Below are positions 26,001 through 34,489 of a stretch of 42,773 bases of DNA, in pieces (position 1 is the stretch's first letter; the number at the start of each line of letters is the position of its first letter). The stretch lies in the IMG/VR virus record IMGVR_UViG_3300042307_000471, positions 1-42,773 of that record. One strand, written 5' to 3'. The position numbers and the translations under genes are program-made. The notes under the pieces are model-generated. The model did not search any database. It was not told the DNA's origin and was given only the letters and a program-made list of their open reading frames with translations. The DNA comes from a virus (Duplodnaviria; Caudoviricetes).

Positions 26001-26697
26001 TCATCCTAGCACCCTTAGCGGCAATGCCACCAAACGGAACAAACAAGGTCGGGTCAGCGATATAGGACATCACTTGTGTCACCTCTGGATTAATTAAATC
26101 CTTGTCCATAACCCAAGTTTCTTTACCAGTAGCCAGCCTCATAGATTGCACATTGAAAGCCTGTGCATCCATAAACTGTTGAAACTCCGCTTGCTCGTCA
26201 TCACCATTGGCTGTGATGGCGTTCTTTACTCTGAAGAAAACGCTGTTAGGGTCTTGAGACTGAGCCGCCATACCATACAGGCTTCGTGTGCCTTGGGCAA
26301 ACGCCTCAATAAGAGACGGGGTTAACTTAGCGGTAGACTCAAGTGGCTTGTCGTAGACAGAACCAGCCGCCGCCATAATCTCGTTGAACACGCCTTCAGC
26401 GGCTTGACCCATCGTGTCAAGAACATCAACCTCTTTGGTCTTGTTATGGGACTTCCAAAGACGATACTGGTCGAGGTTCATATTGAACACCTCGCCATTG
26501 GCGTTACGCTCCTGCATCGCCCTGTTGATATCTTCGCCCGTAGGGGCGGCAGTAATAGAAGCCCTAGCCGCCTCACGCTCCTCTGGCGGGAGTTCAGCCA
26601 ACATAGCCTCTAACTCAGCATCAGCGGACTGCGGTGCTTGAGATGAGGCTTGAGGTCTGTTAGCGTATATCTTGTTCTGGTCGTATAATTCAGCCAT
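17005..26697 (-). CDS. 3230-aa internal virion/ejection polyvalent protein (zincin, 2x ART-like, 2x GNAT-like)
   Basis: HELFH; HGT..GYDG/GHDG ART-PolyVal-like motifs; GNAT motif A RQQGKGYG; position after the pilot genes. Confidence 0.85.
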   Translation of the reverse strand: MAELYDQNKIYANRPQASSQAPQSADAELEAMLAELPPEEREAARASITAAPTGEDINRAMQERNANGEVFNMNLDQYRLWKSHNKTKEVDVLDTMGQAAEGVFNEIMAAAGSVYDKPLESTAKLTPSLIEAFAQGTRSLYGMAAQSQDPNSVFFRVKNAITANGDDEQAEFQQFMDAQAFNVQSMRLATGKETWVMDKDLINPEVTQVMSYIADPTLFVPFGGIAAKGARMIGMGETLAKASARASQIQRKVLGGALKWGVGAPIEFLGTATRNTIDYGLERAGSVFEVATGMPVAEARTTAQMYGWYTASAALEGRTVGLPIVGNIAGAMVGSTTARGVGEALTMVGEQIGKQQQFGRGILSYAGQALRDANKSGVPLSKHAKALLNVLDKVDPLFVYSADISKGAAEGMAIGAGLGYLSAGEEGAASGAGAGMMLGAAGAGMGAVVSDIGNGRLYDRIAVQRQMVIEGLRQIDPDKAAAFEAFVKTAELRGDRDLIAQVDGIITGLDVMAPNAKFVARSNADHLAWLLSQRIDPDTGRLMEPLALFTEFGTDRKSRAKALSFLSFVGNRFDGDHKLLIKELQGLPQDHALRKQFMRLSGEQKKAVFDAIDKAATPEFKEIFGGKNGYEFYGDLNYAEANVARVNAMFDAGNKTQANEMIRQFLKDETGKDGKLSARGELLKQKLATEGYFDKDGNMRPSRLKDVETSIERHIDAKGYVFRRDSTGQVEININLTSFGKETAPHELFHAVMLDSVLKPDFIDRLSQNLLGKFDADGKRIENASVDVGQVKKFFQRYIDALHGKNSQDAVNETARLEAAMKEYESRGTTNKLDLATKDTLEGLLEEFGSYYFGAFINDKPVDYLFRGGELGAMREIMGNAKQGFLDFWRSKMKGINPDFNFDQAVNKKIFQAFEKDGIRTKNKSLDLFMRDFVRATAMANKQGGFDVSRLSPAARETFVKNNGIRGLSLTRDANGNLVRANQRKVIQEQMRVGKEIYKILSGLDPKFRQGLITDGEGNLSGRLSPEAMEAMVQSGHIDRAWVDKIQQAYNILDGKGGNVIHFGYLGRTAQIGDYAWPRLVGSDVPFKNRQAVLLGVDFKVGKDGKMYSLFHTLDKAVIDGRADVLWSDSAVRTLWNGDRGAMEADFFRYLANASKAAGDSSRVESSVLLEDGTGAGGRRRDVLHQMLGIVKAEGDMYINKPIAEIPYGIRHSVTTFNVDGIANMRVGTDRWNVVPENAFKDLSRNFQPSEMAREDTPNGSIIKHPLGYKFAEKNGKVRAFDDQGNAIGVFDGIQQAAEAAGKHSVKQKQELIKSANEQTREQVNQSRKFQVLERGERDEAVRLGDVFEVGKVKRFTEGTNVIRQSRDEYVLDKAERELVAGSTAFYERLIRNAGEEMVNALELEERYTSAANALTEGISKLEQATAENNLRLKRGEVTNEEYTSIGTAIFNDYKNLVKQKDLAGEAYHKYRGQNFNMLSVFLETGAEGDWKQQIRNGELPKLTDEGLEKLNQFARKHIEQYRTNAVQGLPETISALYSDEYNQQFKTGEAFTTVATHGTKSLDLMVAREFKREKLGTSFKIFSSLNAVFSGGQESTGRRYAGISSSTGIPLELVISNHSPEFVSAKQDLNVYVGYLLDTLLNSYLKDTLKPTYEQFKERFKFRTDEAARQAYEQSGNDFVVHDGKLVSKSRLNESLETVAGYKFESEEFKDLLFVVENYHGAKLQEVMKRGDRVKEEEMMHFLRRLIIRNANEKGTPPNTVYNTFGNYSPDATSLADSGGRGAARLISDAYYTLNTAYRTIGYSLDSSLGLDIFALTDPTSKHYESVRNSVDANLNRIIAETKTVPMEVRTLVKMNNPLVIEGRKEYGEYYLKDIMEPAMKAGHDGVVFRNMRDGGKYDNIYAVFKDYMDANLMIIDTSFDDVKMPRGNDSEGNPVRYGKELGLRNQPVEGDNYSGGRVYDQNGKQWKSGFLGLYAAENPERVKGLNLQFLKKDDGSWRIRLTDNSKKGESADVGHITASISGETATLSSHINNKYRGNKLSYVVYSEMAERLRAMGVKSVDGQIVNPDGVPIKVRERIIGDTRDYFSGKPISQEEGARRIQAKKEEVGMMGGVDVYNRLEQKGRYQPTEGDRTYTPEQMSSKFIGRYAEENPNVVKGLKPKFNIFGSGDQGNIELMKGQDSLGYINFSFSKATGEALIEYTSVAGRQQGKGYGNLMYSELVERLRSMGMKEVQGMIVDEQGRPQKIRERIIDRENARIGGDKTQIDYVERDQDSGDTHTGVTSYLYKKARYQPTEGFKPREEVVRRAKEAGYGTTVYYHGTNKDFTEFKSSPRNHSVGASEGRESGNMFYLSSDPLDAEHYKKAWVGDQSKNRVITAFVKLDNPYDVSSNAKHLPFTPEQEAILKKYLDKYSSHPDKEYQLLSLIGQQKRGNSPLFQLFERNERAAMLKEMGYDGIKDGRHISVFDSEQIKSADDFTYDDSGKEIPLEERFNKNKKDIRFQPTEGEQASYKGRYDIDEAIVGKLKEKFKGYRNLTAKDMLEFIVENKGQFSPLAERLLESLDKHGLEAFVQQQTAVLGSKQKGTKGRDYHNYNPNNNTVNMLLERNVQRRRGWTLSFEELMMEEILHAVSAEKIPEPIKHGVTIEDTSKTVDHFLRNRDKYSLKYDKTWKTELGFTEEWFTIADAYKQVLKQFETGKFLDGTVIDKTAAHHMSYRLSNMAEFIVGITQDKDIQKVLSEIKVPKSEKSFLTKLLDAIKRIWNFDDSVMDSLLAVTSDAAERVIQREKTQMEKVGSGIYRERAKQFFGGLPETKFQPTEQRRVNYSSNDERVKYLMSVVDNVPHYKRAFDSGQLSIDAYKPEEFKDFDVLSHAPDTASTVEQKDFTAQGGVGYPLLFPEEGWAAVSRGLEKRLNAIGQKNFEKHGKWIAPMALVLSHAQKMQGARNGTEGFLNIIKRLEDRKVINKETLKSALIHGLKSIGTDINDNAQIGDAMFATYRMLENSTSSGFKQRAKFVSNVAGSIARNTGNLSKKQINALKEIIPNYTGNKTITKKELIPTIFQMFADPLVQGLDAPDKKTGGDVYAFVLFDKPLVESPSSPHGSYKYSVRHEDNSPVRVDLLSRPMKTLEMFKEKRTSKGVSELKEKTITNDTGQRNFPYGRVIHAQPSEGFSNFTTERTPTGVLLKNAAGYVISRVGSKYRVYNPYKAVIGVYDNEEQAKKRIYKEEPRR

Positions 26698-26701
26698 TAG
26701 A

Positions 26702-29092
26702 TTAGATTCCGTATTTTTCCTTGAGGTATTTCTGGCGAAGTGCCTCGTACCTACCGCTTTCAGAATCTGTATCTCTAATTTGAACTGTCAAGCCCTTAGC
26801 CGCACCATAATTACGAATTCTTCTATCAATTCTATTGGCAAGAGCCAGCAGGATTGCTCGGTCTCTGGATTCCATAGAGAAGAATTCCGTTGGGTCTTTG
26901 ATGACCTTATCGATTAGAGCCTGTTCAAAGTTAGATACAGTACCAACACCGATGATGTCGGTTCTGAGAGCCGCCTTTAAGTTCATAACCTCAACTGCCG
27001 CTTCACCAGACAACTTGAAACTGGCGAACTCACCAGTCTTGTCGTTAATTTCTTGAAGTCTTCTAATTGAGCGTCTAGCGTCAACAAGTTGAGTCATTTC
27101 ATCGCTAAACTTAGATTCAGCCGCATCAGTACCCTTGAATAACCCGCCAATCATAATACCAGAGTTAGGCAGGAATTCAGTAGGAACAAGTCTGCCGTCA
27201 CGGGTTTGCTGACCATAGACACCAACGCTTTCCTTGCGGATATCTTGCAATGTTCTAGCCTCTGGCATCTTCATCTGCTCCCACTTTCCGTTCATACGGA
27301 CAAGACGAATACCGCTTTCAGTTTCGTACTCTTGGATTTCAGATTCTGGTACAGCCTTTTGGAAGAACTGTTCAAAGCCTTGCACGGGAACTTTACGCTT
27401 TCCATTCGGGTCAGTCGGGTCAACAGCACCGAATCGTTGGGTGAGGAAGTCCTGCACTTGAGACTTACGCTCGCTGACGCTAAGTCTACGCTCTTTATCA
27501 ACTGTGCCAACAACCAGTTCGCCAACATTAATTGGAGCAACTTTTGGCTGAACAGGAGCAGGGGCTGAAGGTTGCATAAGGAATTTAGGCTTACCTTCGG
27601 CTTGTAGATTTTCTTCAATGACACGCTTTCTTTCTTGAAGACTTTTAATATCAGATGGGTCAGCCTCCCATTGAGACTGAATGTTTTCAGAAACCATCTT
27701 GAAAGCCTTTTCTTCTCTTGTCGTAAATGTAGCAGAACGCTTGCCTTTCATAGCCGCACCAGATTCAAACGCAACAACTTGTGCTGGGTTTGGAAGACTG
27801 AACGGGTGAGATAGGTTAGTCAAGAATGCGACAGGAGCAGACAACGCATCCCTGTACTCCTTACGCATAAATCTCATTAACTGCTCATCCGTCATCTTGC
27901 TTGTATCGACATTAGACTGTCTAAACCAGTCTTCCATTGCGTTTCTTGCCTGTCTGTTTGCATACCAAGATGCCGTCTTTGTTGCACCCTTTTCAACTGC
28001 CTTACCAGCACCAGAAACAAGACCAGTCTTACGCCTATTGCCTTCAGCGTCAGCGGCAGTAAGAGCGGCAATCTGATTATCGATAGCGGTTAACTCTTGC
28101 TTAAGAGTGGCGACTTTTCCTTCATTAACTTTTGGAGCGTTTGCTTCAGATTTATTTTCAACACCAAGGAAATCAAGGGCATCAGCAACATCCTGTTTAT
28201 ACTGTTTCTCCTGTCTTGCTGGAGCCTCTGAGGGCTTCTGCATACTAGCCTCGTAGTCCTTGACAGTATTCTGCATAGGAGTGCCTTCGTAATTAAAGAC
28301 ACCATCCTTGTCTTGGTACATCATACCGCCTTCTGTGAATGCACCTTGTGGCAGATTACCTTCAGCAAGCCTGTTCTGAGCCGTGATGCCCTTCTCAGCG
28401 TTGATAGCCTCAAGTTGAGCAGAGATAATCCGTGGGTCGATATCCTGTGCCTTGGCGGTTGTCTGTTCAGCCTTGGCGAGCCAGCGTTGCCAGAACTCTT
28501 GGTCATTGAACTGGACATTCGGATTCACCTTCTTGATTTCACCGAAGAACTTCATCACCCTGTCCTTCTGCTGAACGATTGACTCGTTAGGATTGACGGA
28601 GAAGTTCGGGTCTTCAAGGTTCACAGCCGCAGTAGACTTGACCTTGCCAGAATACTGATTCAGAGCCTCAGAGATACCACGCTCAATCGCTCTGCCACGC
28701 AGGAACGACCACTCCTGCAACTGATTACCGAAGCCAGCCATACGGGTTTCGGCTTCGTGAACAAGACCAAGACGCTGGTTGAGGTTCTTTGTAGGAGCGT
28801 CCTGTAATGTAGCCGCAGTCTGCATCAGACCATCAAGAACTCCAGACTGAGCGATTTCTGGGTCTTGGCTATACATCGCTATCTTATTAGCGATATCTTG
28901 GCTAAGGCTCTGAATCTTTTGGTTCGCTAGTTCGTTCTTGGCTGTGTTGTCGTTATAAGCCTTGATGCCTTCAGCAAGACCCTTTGTGAAGTTGTTAATG
29001 CCCTGTGCATACATATTGCCGATGTTTGCACCAGCCTGTGCCATCCCAGAAACGGGTTGTATCCCGCCTTGGTATTGTTGAAACATAGCCAT
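26702..29092 (-). CDS. Internal virion (ejection) protein
   Basis: Helical Q/A-rich ORF in the podovirus ejectosome position. Confidence 0.7.
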   Translation of the reverse strand: MAMFQQYQGGIQPVSGMAQAGANIGNMYAQGINNFTKGLAEGIKAYNDNTAKNELANQKIQSLSQDIANKIAMYSQDPEIAQSGVLDGLMQTAATLQDAPTKNLNQRLGLVHEAETRMAGFGNQLQEWSFLRGRAIERGISEALNQYSGKVKSTAAVNLEDPNFSVNPNESIVQQKDRVMKFFGEIKKVNPNVQFNDQEFWQRWLAKAEQTTAKAQDIDPRIISAQLEAINAEKGITAQNRLAEGNLPQGAFTEGGMMYQDKDGVFNYEGTPMQNTVKDYEASMQKPSEAPARQEKQYKQDVADALDFLGVENKSEANAPKVNEGKVATLKQELTAIDNQIAALTAADAEGNRRKTGLVSGAGKAVEKGATKTASWYANRQARNAMEDWFRQSNVDTSKMTDEQLMRFMRKEYRDALSAPVAFLTNLSHPFSLPNPAQVVAFESGAAMKGKRSATFTTREEKAFKMVSENIQSQWEADPSDIKSLQERKRVIEENLQAEGKPKFLMQPSAPAPVQPKVAPINVGELVVGTVDKERRLSVSERKSQVQDFLTQRFGAVDPTDPNGKRKVPVQGFEQFFQKAVPESEIQEYETESGIRLVRMNGKWEQMKMPEARTLQDIRKESVGVYGQQTRDGRLVPTEFLPNSGIMIGGLFKGTDAAESKFSDEMTQLVDARRSIRRLQEINDKTGEFASFKLSGEAAVEVMNLKAALRTDIIGVGTVSNFEQALIDKVIKDPTEFFSMESRDRAILLALANRIDRRIRNYGAAKGLTVQIRDTDSESGRYEALRQKYLKEKYGI

Positions 29093-29098
29093 AAATTG

Positions 29099-30058
29099 TT
29101 ATCTGTTTGGGCTATAATTGGAATACGGACTTCCAGACCTTGAGCCAAGAAGACCTCCATATGTTGATTGTGCTGTATTTAATCCGCTTGCCAAAGAGCC
29201 ACCTTTAGCGGCTCCAGCGGCGGCTCCAGCCGTGCCAAGCAATGACAGACCACCAGTAGCGAAAGCACCGATAGCACCGATGCCAGCGGAAATCATACCA
29301 GCCTTGGCTTGCTGGTTAGCAATCTGGGCTTGCATCGCTTCCTCTCTGTTTGCGGTAATCAAGTTAGCATTATACTGAGATTCTGGCTGGAACAACTTAG
29401 CCCCAAGACTAGAGTTATATTGACCTGCTTGACCAATCAAGCCAGTAGGACTGACAGCACCTAGTTGATTCATAAGGGGTTGACCATACATCGACATAGC
29501 CTGTTGAGCGTTGCTCTGACCGATGCCGTATACTTGACCAGCAAACTGTCTGGCTCTGTCTTCTCTGGCGTTAGAAAGGTTATATGAATTAAGAACCTCA
29601 GCCGCAATTGCTTGGTTGCCCATCTGCATACCTCTTGAAGCCATAGCCGCTCTAGCGGAACCTTGAGCCATACGCATCTCTTGGTCGCTGAGGTTTCTAC
29701 CGCTGGCAAGACCGCTAGCCGCCTGTCCAGCAAGGGACGAGTACAGACCAGCCGTGGTAGGGTCTAAGGTCTGCTGGTAAGCATTTCTGGCTGTCGTACC
29801 GACATTACCATAGATATTGCCCTGTGAGGCAAGTATCTGCTGAGACAGAATCTCTGATTGAGGGATGGCTTGACCATATAGGTCAGTCATCATATTCATC
29901 CCGCCAAGCAAATTCTCCTTCTGGAGTTGTTGCCATTGCGGGGTGTACTGACGCTCAAGGTTAATCAAGTTTCCTTGAATGCCAGCCTGTGCGTTAAGTG
30001 TATCTTGCATTTCGCCCATATAAGAGCGAGGCGGTGGTGCTTTGACTTTGCTTCCCAT
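29099..30058 (-). CDS. DNA pilot/ejection protein
   Basis: Q/A/G-rich with a C-terminal Gly-rich hydrophobic segment. Confidence 0.7.
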   Translation of the reverse strand: MGSKVKAPPPRSYMGEMQDTLNAQAGIQGNLINLERQYTPQWQQLQKENLLGGMNMMTDLYGQAIPQSEILSQQILASQGNIYGNVGTTARNAYQQTLDPTTAGLYSSLAGQAASGLASGRNLSDQEMRMAQGSARAAMASRGMQMGNQAIAAEVLNSYNLSNAREDRARQFAGQVYGIGQSNAQQAMSMYGQPLMNQLGAVSPTGLIGQAGQYNSSLGAKLFQPESQYNANLITANREEAMQAQIANQQAKAGMISAGIGAIGAFATGGLSLLGTAGAAAGAAKGGSLASGLNTAQSTYGGLLGSRSGSPYSNYSPNR

Positions 30059-30060
30059 TG

Positions 30061-30486
30061 TTATATAGTATTTAGAAGGTTTATATATTTGTTTGGCAAC
30101 TCTTTAAGTTTGCCGTTTTGCATCCCGATTTTCTTCTGGTACTCCCAGTTCGGAAAACGCATTTTAAATTCCGTGACAAGACGCTTACGGGCTTGGTCGG
30201 TTGTAGCCATCCAATCCATTATGCAAAGAGTATGCAGGGCTTCTTGTCTGAAGTCAACTATGTCGCTGAACTTCAGCAAGTCTTCCTCTGTAGGCGTGTT
30301 GTTCTTAAGGGGGTATGCTACCCCTAGTCCAGTCAGTTTTAAGCCCTCCCAGACCTCAAAGAGATAGCCAAAATAGGCAGACCAGCGGAGGTAGCCACGG
30401 AGTTCCTCGTCCGAGAAGCCAAAGCAGTCACGCTTGCAAGTATCTCTATTTGCAATGATGAATGCGATGTGCTTATCGAATATCAT
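30061..30486 (-). CDS. Virion assembly protein (P22 gp14/T7 gp13 position, possibly GNAT-like)
   Basis: TAATG-coupled start MIFDK; called from synteny only. Confidence 0.55.
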   Translation of the reverse strand: MIFDKHIAFIIANRDTCKRDCFGFSDEELRGYLRWSAYFGYLFEVWEGLKLTGLGVAYPLKNNTPTEEDLLKFSDIVDFRQEALHTLCIMDWMATTDQARKRLVTEFKMRFPNWEYQKKIGMQNGKLKELPNKYINLLNTI

Positions 30487-31424
30487 TAATTTCCAATGGC
30501 AAACCAGACTGGATAGATTGTTGCACCAGCCTGAGAGCCAGCCCAATTAACATAAACGCTAAAATTGGTCGTTGTAGGAACTCCGTTTAATTTAATTCCG
30601 TTTTCAAGAGTAGCACCACCAGCAGTAGCAACTACGGCTCTGGCGGTCAGTTGGACATTAAAACAATTGTTAGGGAACGCAATCGGGAATGTAACTGTTG
30701 AAACAGAGTAGTTAGCCATAGCAACCAAGTGAGTCCCCCATTGAAGAATCAAGCCATTTGCAAGTTTAATGTAGCCATTGGCGGTTAATGAAACGGCTTC
30801 AACAGGGTCAGATGATTCCCACGCACTACCATTATAAAACTCAGTATTAGCAGTAGTCGTGTTAAATCTTAAATCACCAGCGACAGGAACAGCAGGACGC
30901 TGGGCTGTCGTACCAACTGGAAGTTTTATAGCCCCTGTGTTAGAAAATATGGTTCTTGTTTGAAAGTTTATTACACCATTACCACTTGAACCTTGACCAT
31001 CAAAAGTCATTCCATTCGACTCAACACCAATTGCTCCAGTACCACCGCTTGCAATAGTATTAATCGTCATATTACCAGTTTCTGTTAATAGACTTAAACC
31101 ACCTGTTCCTCTCAAAAGCATAGCAACGGACGGATTTGATTCAATCGTAAGTATAGCAGACGAACCAGTTATCTGAGATATAAGGTTTGTCTTTATATCT
31201 TCTCCAGTCAATAAACTGTTCTTGAGTTGAGTTTTCTTTAACTGACCAGAAGCAGGGTCTACTATAAGTGCATATTCATCACCAGTAAGAGTAGGAAAAT
31301 CAGTTTGGTCTGTGATAACCGAAGGATTAATAGTAGCGGCATCAATCATTCCATTGAGTCCTGATGCTGTGACGATTTCACCAGAAACCCAAGCAGGGCT
31401 TTTACCATTGTTAATTTGTGGCAT
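30486..31424 (-). CDS. Tail fibre protein
   Basis: PVGTTAQRP..GDLRFN..EFYNG module and C-terminal NGYIKLANGLILQWG..FPIAFPN domain. Confidence 0.85.
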   Translation of the reverse strand: MPQINNGKSPAWVSGEIVTASGLNGMIDAATINPSVITDQTDFPTLTGDEYALIVDPASGQLKKTQLKNSLLTGEDIKTNLISQITGSSAILTIESNPSVAMLLRGTGGLSLLTETGNMTINTIASGGTGAIGVESNGMTFDGQGSSGNGVINFQTRTIFSNTGAIKLPVGTTAQRPAVPVAGDLRFNTTTANTEFYNGSAWESSDPVEAVSLTANGYIKLANGLILQWGTHLVAMANYSVSTVTFPIAFPNNCFNVQLTARAVVATAGGATLENGIKLNGVPTTTNFSVYVNWAGSQAGATIYPVWFAIGN

Positions 31425-31425
31425 A

Positions 31426-33060
31426 TTATTTCTTTGAGATTAAGTTTTTTGTCTTTTGGCTAGCGTATGCGTAGACTGACCTAATAAATGGTCGGAAGTT
31501 TCCTATGAATTGGAATCTAAGTCCAGTACCAAATTTACGAATCGGTGTTCTTCTGGTTTCATCGTTATCGGTAGGGGAAGTGTAGTCGTCAATTAAGGCA
31601 TAGGAATCCTCGTTTGACACATCGACATAGGTAGCGATTTCTGAGCCAATCTGGAAATCAAAGTCTATTTCTGCTGAACTGAATCGCTTATCATTAAATG
31701 AGCCGAATGTATATCTTCTTGTCTTAAGCGATGAATCAATAACAACTGGCGTAAATGCAAGCGGCTCAAGTCTAGCACCCTCTGTGTTAAGTTTAAAGGC
31801 AGGGTCGTCTAGTTTAGGCTTACCCAACTGGCTTCCGTATTCATCGTAGTCGAGTTCCTCTGTCAAAAAAACACCCTCGTTTGAGTCAACTATGAACAAG
31901 CGTCTAATGTTGTTCTTCTTTGCGATTATAAAATTAAAAACATCGATGCCAGCGGGGTAAGTGTCAATAGACTCCCAAGCATTAAGGATGAAGTTAAAAA
32001 TAAGAACGGCATTGTTCGTAGCAGAGTTATCGAGAGGTACAGCGAGGTAATAACGATTGTCCCAATAAACAGCCACAGAACGATAAGCGTAAGTTCTATT
32101 GATTCGCTGAATGACATCGTTGATTGGGGCTGAGATAGGCTGGGCAGAGGTCAGCAACCTCATCGACTCATTGGAGCCGACCTGCGTAGGATTCAAAGCG
32201 TACACCCCGTTATCAGACAGGAAGATAATGCCGCCATTGGCTTGAACAACACTTTTCTTAGCCAAGCATCCAACATCCGTAACAAGGGTTTTGATGAAGC
32301 AGTCGTTTGATAAGGCATCACCAGTAGCGTATCGACCAACGCCTGTATTCACATAGAATATGCTGTGACGCATAAAGACTGTGAACTCATTCAGCGTCCA
32401 AGGAGCAACGGCTACGACCTCATCGTTGCTTCCGTTATTAAATGTAAAAGCATCTAGAACATCCCAATGTTCGTGGTCAAGGTAGTTGCTTACGCATACT
32501 GTATCCCTGTTTCTAGCATTATTAGGGTCGTTGTGGTACTTACCCTGTGCAATAAGTCTATTGCCATAGTACAGGACTTGAGAGCAGTTAGGAAACTGGT
32601 GGGCTGTGCCTGTGCCTGTGGCAATAACAGTAACTGTAACCCCCATATCCCAAATTAACGGACGCTTATTATAGCCCCGTGTAATGAATACTTTGTCTAT
32701 GGCTTGAACTAAGTCGCAACCATCAGAAGTCGTGATTGTCTCGCCAGCAGGAAAACTAACTGGCAACGACAGAACCTCAGTCTGTGGATTATAAGTCCAT
32801 AATTTGTCGGTTGTGACAAACACCATTACTTCCTGCCCTGTGCCGTTGATAAATGTGCAAGACCCGTAGATATCCAAACCAACAATGCCACCAATAGTTT
32901 TTCTCTGCAACCCACGCCTAGGGGTTGCCACGCCTCTGTCTAGGCGGTAGTTAATTGACTCTGACACATATCCCTCTGGCAAGGACGAAGGGTTGTCACG
33001 GCTATTTAGACCTATGAAACCCTTGTCGCCATCACGAAGATATGTGCCAGTTTCAGCCAT
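31426..33060 (-). CDS. Tail hub/nozzle protein (P22 gp10/T7 gp12-like)
   Basis: F.GLN..D, N.RLD.G....R.G and GC....SV......FLSD.GVY motifs; beta-rich. Confidence 0.8.
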   Translation of the reverse strand: MAETGTYLRDGDKGFIGLNSRDNPSSLPEGYVSESINYRLDRGVATPRRGLQRKTIGGIVGLDIYGSCTFINGTGQEVMVFVTTDKLWTYNPQTEVLSLPVSFPAGETITTSDGCDLVQAIDKVFITRGYNKRPLIWDMGVTVTVIATGTGTAHQFPNCSQVLYYGNRLIAQGKYHNDPNNARNRDTVCVSNYLDHEHWDVLDAFTFNNGSNDEVVAVAPWTLNEFTVFMRHSIFYVNTGVGRYATGDALSNDCFIKTLVTDVGCLAKKSVVQANGGIIFLSDNGVYALNPTQVGSNESMRLLTSAQPISAPINDVIQRINRTYAYRSVAVYWDNRYYLAVPLDNSATNNAVLIFNFILNAWESIDTYPAGIDVFNFIIAKKNNIRRLFIVDSNEGVFLTEELDYDEYGSQLGKPKLDDPAFKLNTEGARLEPLAFTPVVIDSSLKTRRYTFGSFNDKRFSSAEIDFDFQIGSEIATYVDVSNEDSYALIDDYTSPTDNDETRRTPIRKFGTGLRFQFIGNFRPFIRSVYAYASQKTKNLISKK

Positions 33061-33197
33061 TAGTCCTTAGACTTCAGTTTACGGATGACTTCCTTGCTCC
33101 ATTGCACCTTCTTAGACTCAGCGTTTTTAACGCCAGAGTAGAAGCCAGCAACAAACAGGATAGCACCAGCAATGAGATAGATAAGAAGTTCAAACAT
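33060..33197 (-). CDS. 45-aa single-pass membrane protein
   Basis: MFELLIYLIAGAILFVAGFYSGVKN plus a basic tail. Fills the gap exactly, with TAATG coupling. Confidence 0.75.
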   Translation of the reverse strand: MFELLIYLIAGAILFVAGFYSGVKNAESKKVQWSKEVIRKLKSKD

Positions 33198-33198
33198 A

Positions 33199-34143
33199 TT
33201 ATTTAATAATCCAAGTATTAGCGGCAACCTTAGTTAAGAACGCTTGATGAACAGAACCACCGCCATAAGATGTAGTTCCATAAATAGTCGGAGAACCAGC
33301 ACCAGCAGAAGCAAAGTCTGCTGTAGCACCAGAACCAGCATTTGCCACAAAAGTAATTACAGTTCCAATAGGGAAATCTGTTGTCGAGTCTTCTGGAATA
33401 GAAATTGTGTACGACATACCACCACCAGCCGAAGAATCAGCATAAATGATATTGTTGGCATCGGACAAGGCTAGTGTAAATGAACCAGTAATAAGGTAAA
33501 CACTTTTTGCTGGAGAAGATGACAAAACGCTTGAGTTAGGGAATGTAATCCCAGTAGGCGAAATGGTAATGCCAGAGCCAGAACCATCCTGCATACGCAA
33601 TGTATTAGCAGTAGAATCAAATTTAAAGGTATAATTGCCAGACCCCATTGAGTAACCATTGAAGTTACCTGTGAGGTCAATATTGGTTACAGACAGCGTA
33701 GGAATTGTAACCACAGCCCAAGCCGCATTCTGTCTAGCATACAGATTGCCATCGCTAGGAGCATCAGAGATACCACCGCCACCGCCACCTGTTGAAATAG
33801 CCCAAGCCGCATTCTTACGGACATACTCAGAGCCGTCAGAAGGAGCATCCGTCAGATAACCCTGTGAAGTCACATATGATGTTGTAGCATATGAACTCAT
33901 ACCAGAGATTGTCTGGTAGGTGCTAGATGCAGAAGATGTGGTTAAATACCCGCTGATAGAAGCACCAGCAGGGATGGTAACAACACCTGTAAAGGTAGGA
34001 CTTGCTTTAGGGGCAAAGCCAGCAGTAACCCAAGTTTGAAGGGCTAAAGTGCCAGCGTTAATTTCGTTAATCTTGGCTTGAGTAATCTCATTGCCAATTT
34101 CAACTACATTTGCAGGAAGATTTGGGCTAAGGAAGACAGACAT
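33199..34143 (-). CDS. Fibre/appendage protein with two foldon-like motifs
   Basis: DAPSDGSEYVRKNAAW and DAPSDGNLYARQNAAW; APKASPTFTG. Confidence 0.8.
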   Translation of the reverse strand: MSVFLSPNLPANVVEIGNEITQAKINEINAGTLALQTWVTAGFAPKASPTFTGVVTIPAGASISGYLTTSSASSTYQTISGMSSYATTSYVTSQGYLTDAPSDGSEYVRKNAAWAISTGGGGGGISDAPSDGNLYARQNAAWAVVTIPTLSVTNIDLTGNFNGYSMGSGNYTFKFDSTANTLRMQDGSGSGITISPTGITFPNSSVLSSSPAKSVYLITGSFTLALSDANNIIYADSSAGGGMSYTISIPEDSTTDFPIGTVITFVANAGSGATADFASAGAGSPTIYGTTSYGGGSVHQAFLTKVAANTWIIK

Positions 34144-34186
34144 ACGGGTTCGTTAGGTAGGTTGTAATAGAAGTCGAAGCGTCTCA

Positions 34187-34486
34187 TTACACCTTAGCGA
34201 AAGCCAGATGCACAGGAGTGCCAGCGGCAGAAGCGACCACACGGACTGTGCCGTTGTAGTTGTCGATATTGAAGAAGGTCGCTGGCTGAAGCACGATGCC
34301 AACAGAATCGGTAGCGGACAGGATGACAGTCACAGTAGCCGTGGAAGACTGATTCTGGATGATGATGCTGATACGCTTTTCGTGAGGAGCCGCCGCCGCT
34401 AGAAGGCTGACGATGGAGGTATTAACAGTCGTTGTCGAATGCGTGAACGACTTGAGGAACGGGGATGATACGGAGATTATTGACAT
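34187..34486 (-). CDS. Small beta-rich virion protein
   Basis: R..IIIQN motif; structural-module position. Confidence 0.65.
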   Translation of the reverse strand: MSIISVSSPFLKSFTHSTTTVNTSIVSLLAAAAPHEKRISIIIQNQSSTATVTVILSATDSVGIVLQPATFFNIDNYNGTVRVVASAAGTPVHLAFAKV

Positions 34487-34489
34487 AAA

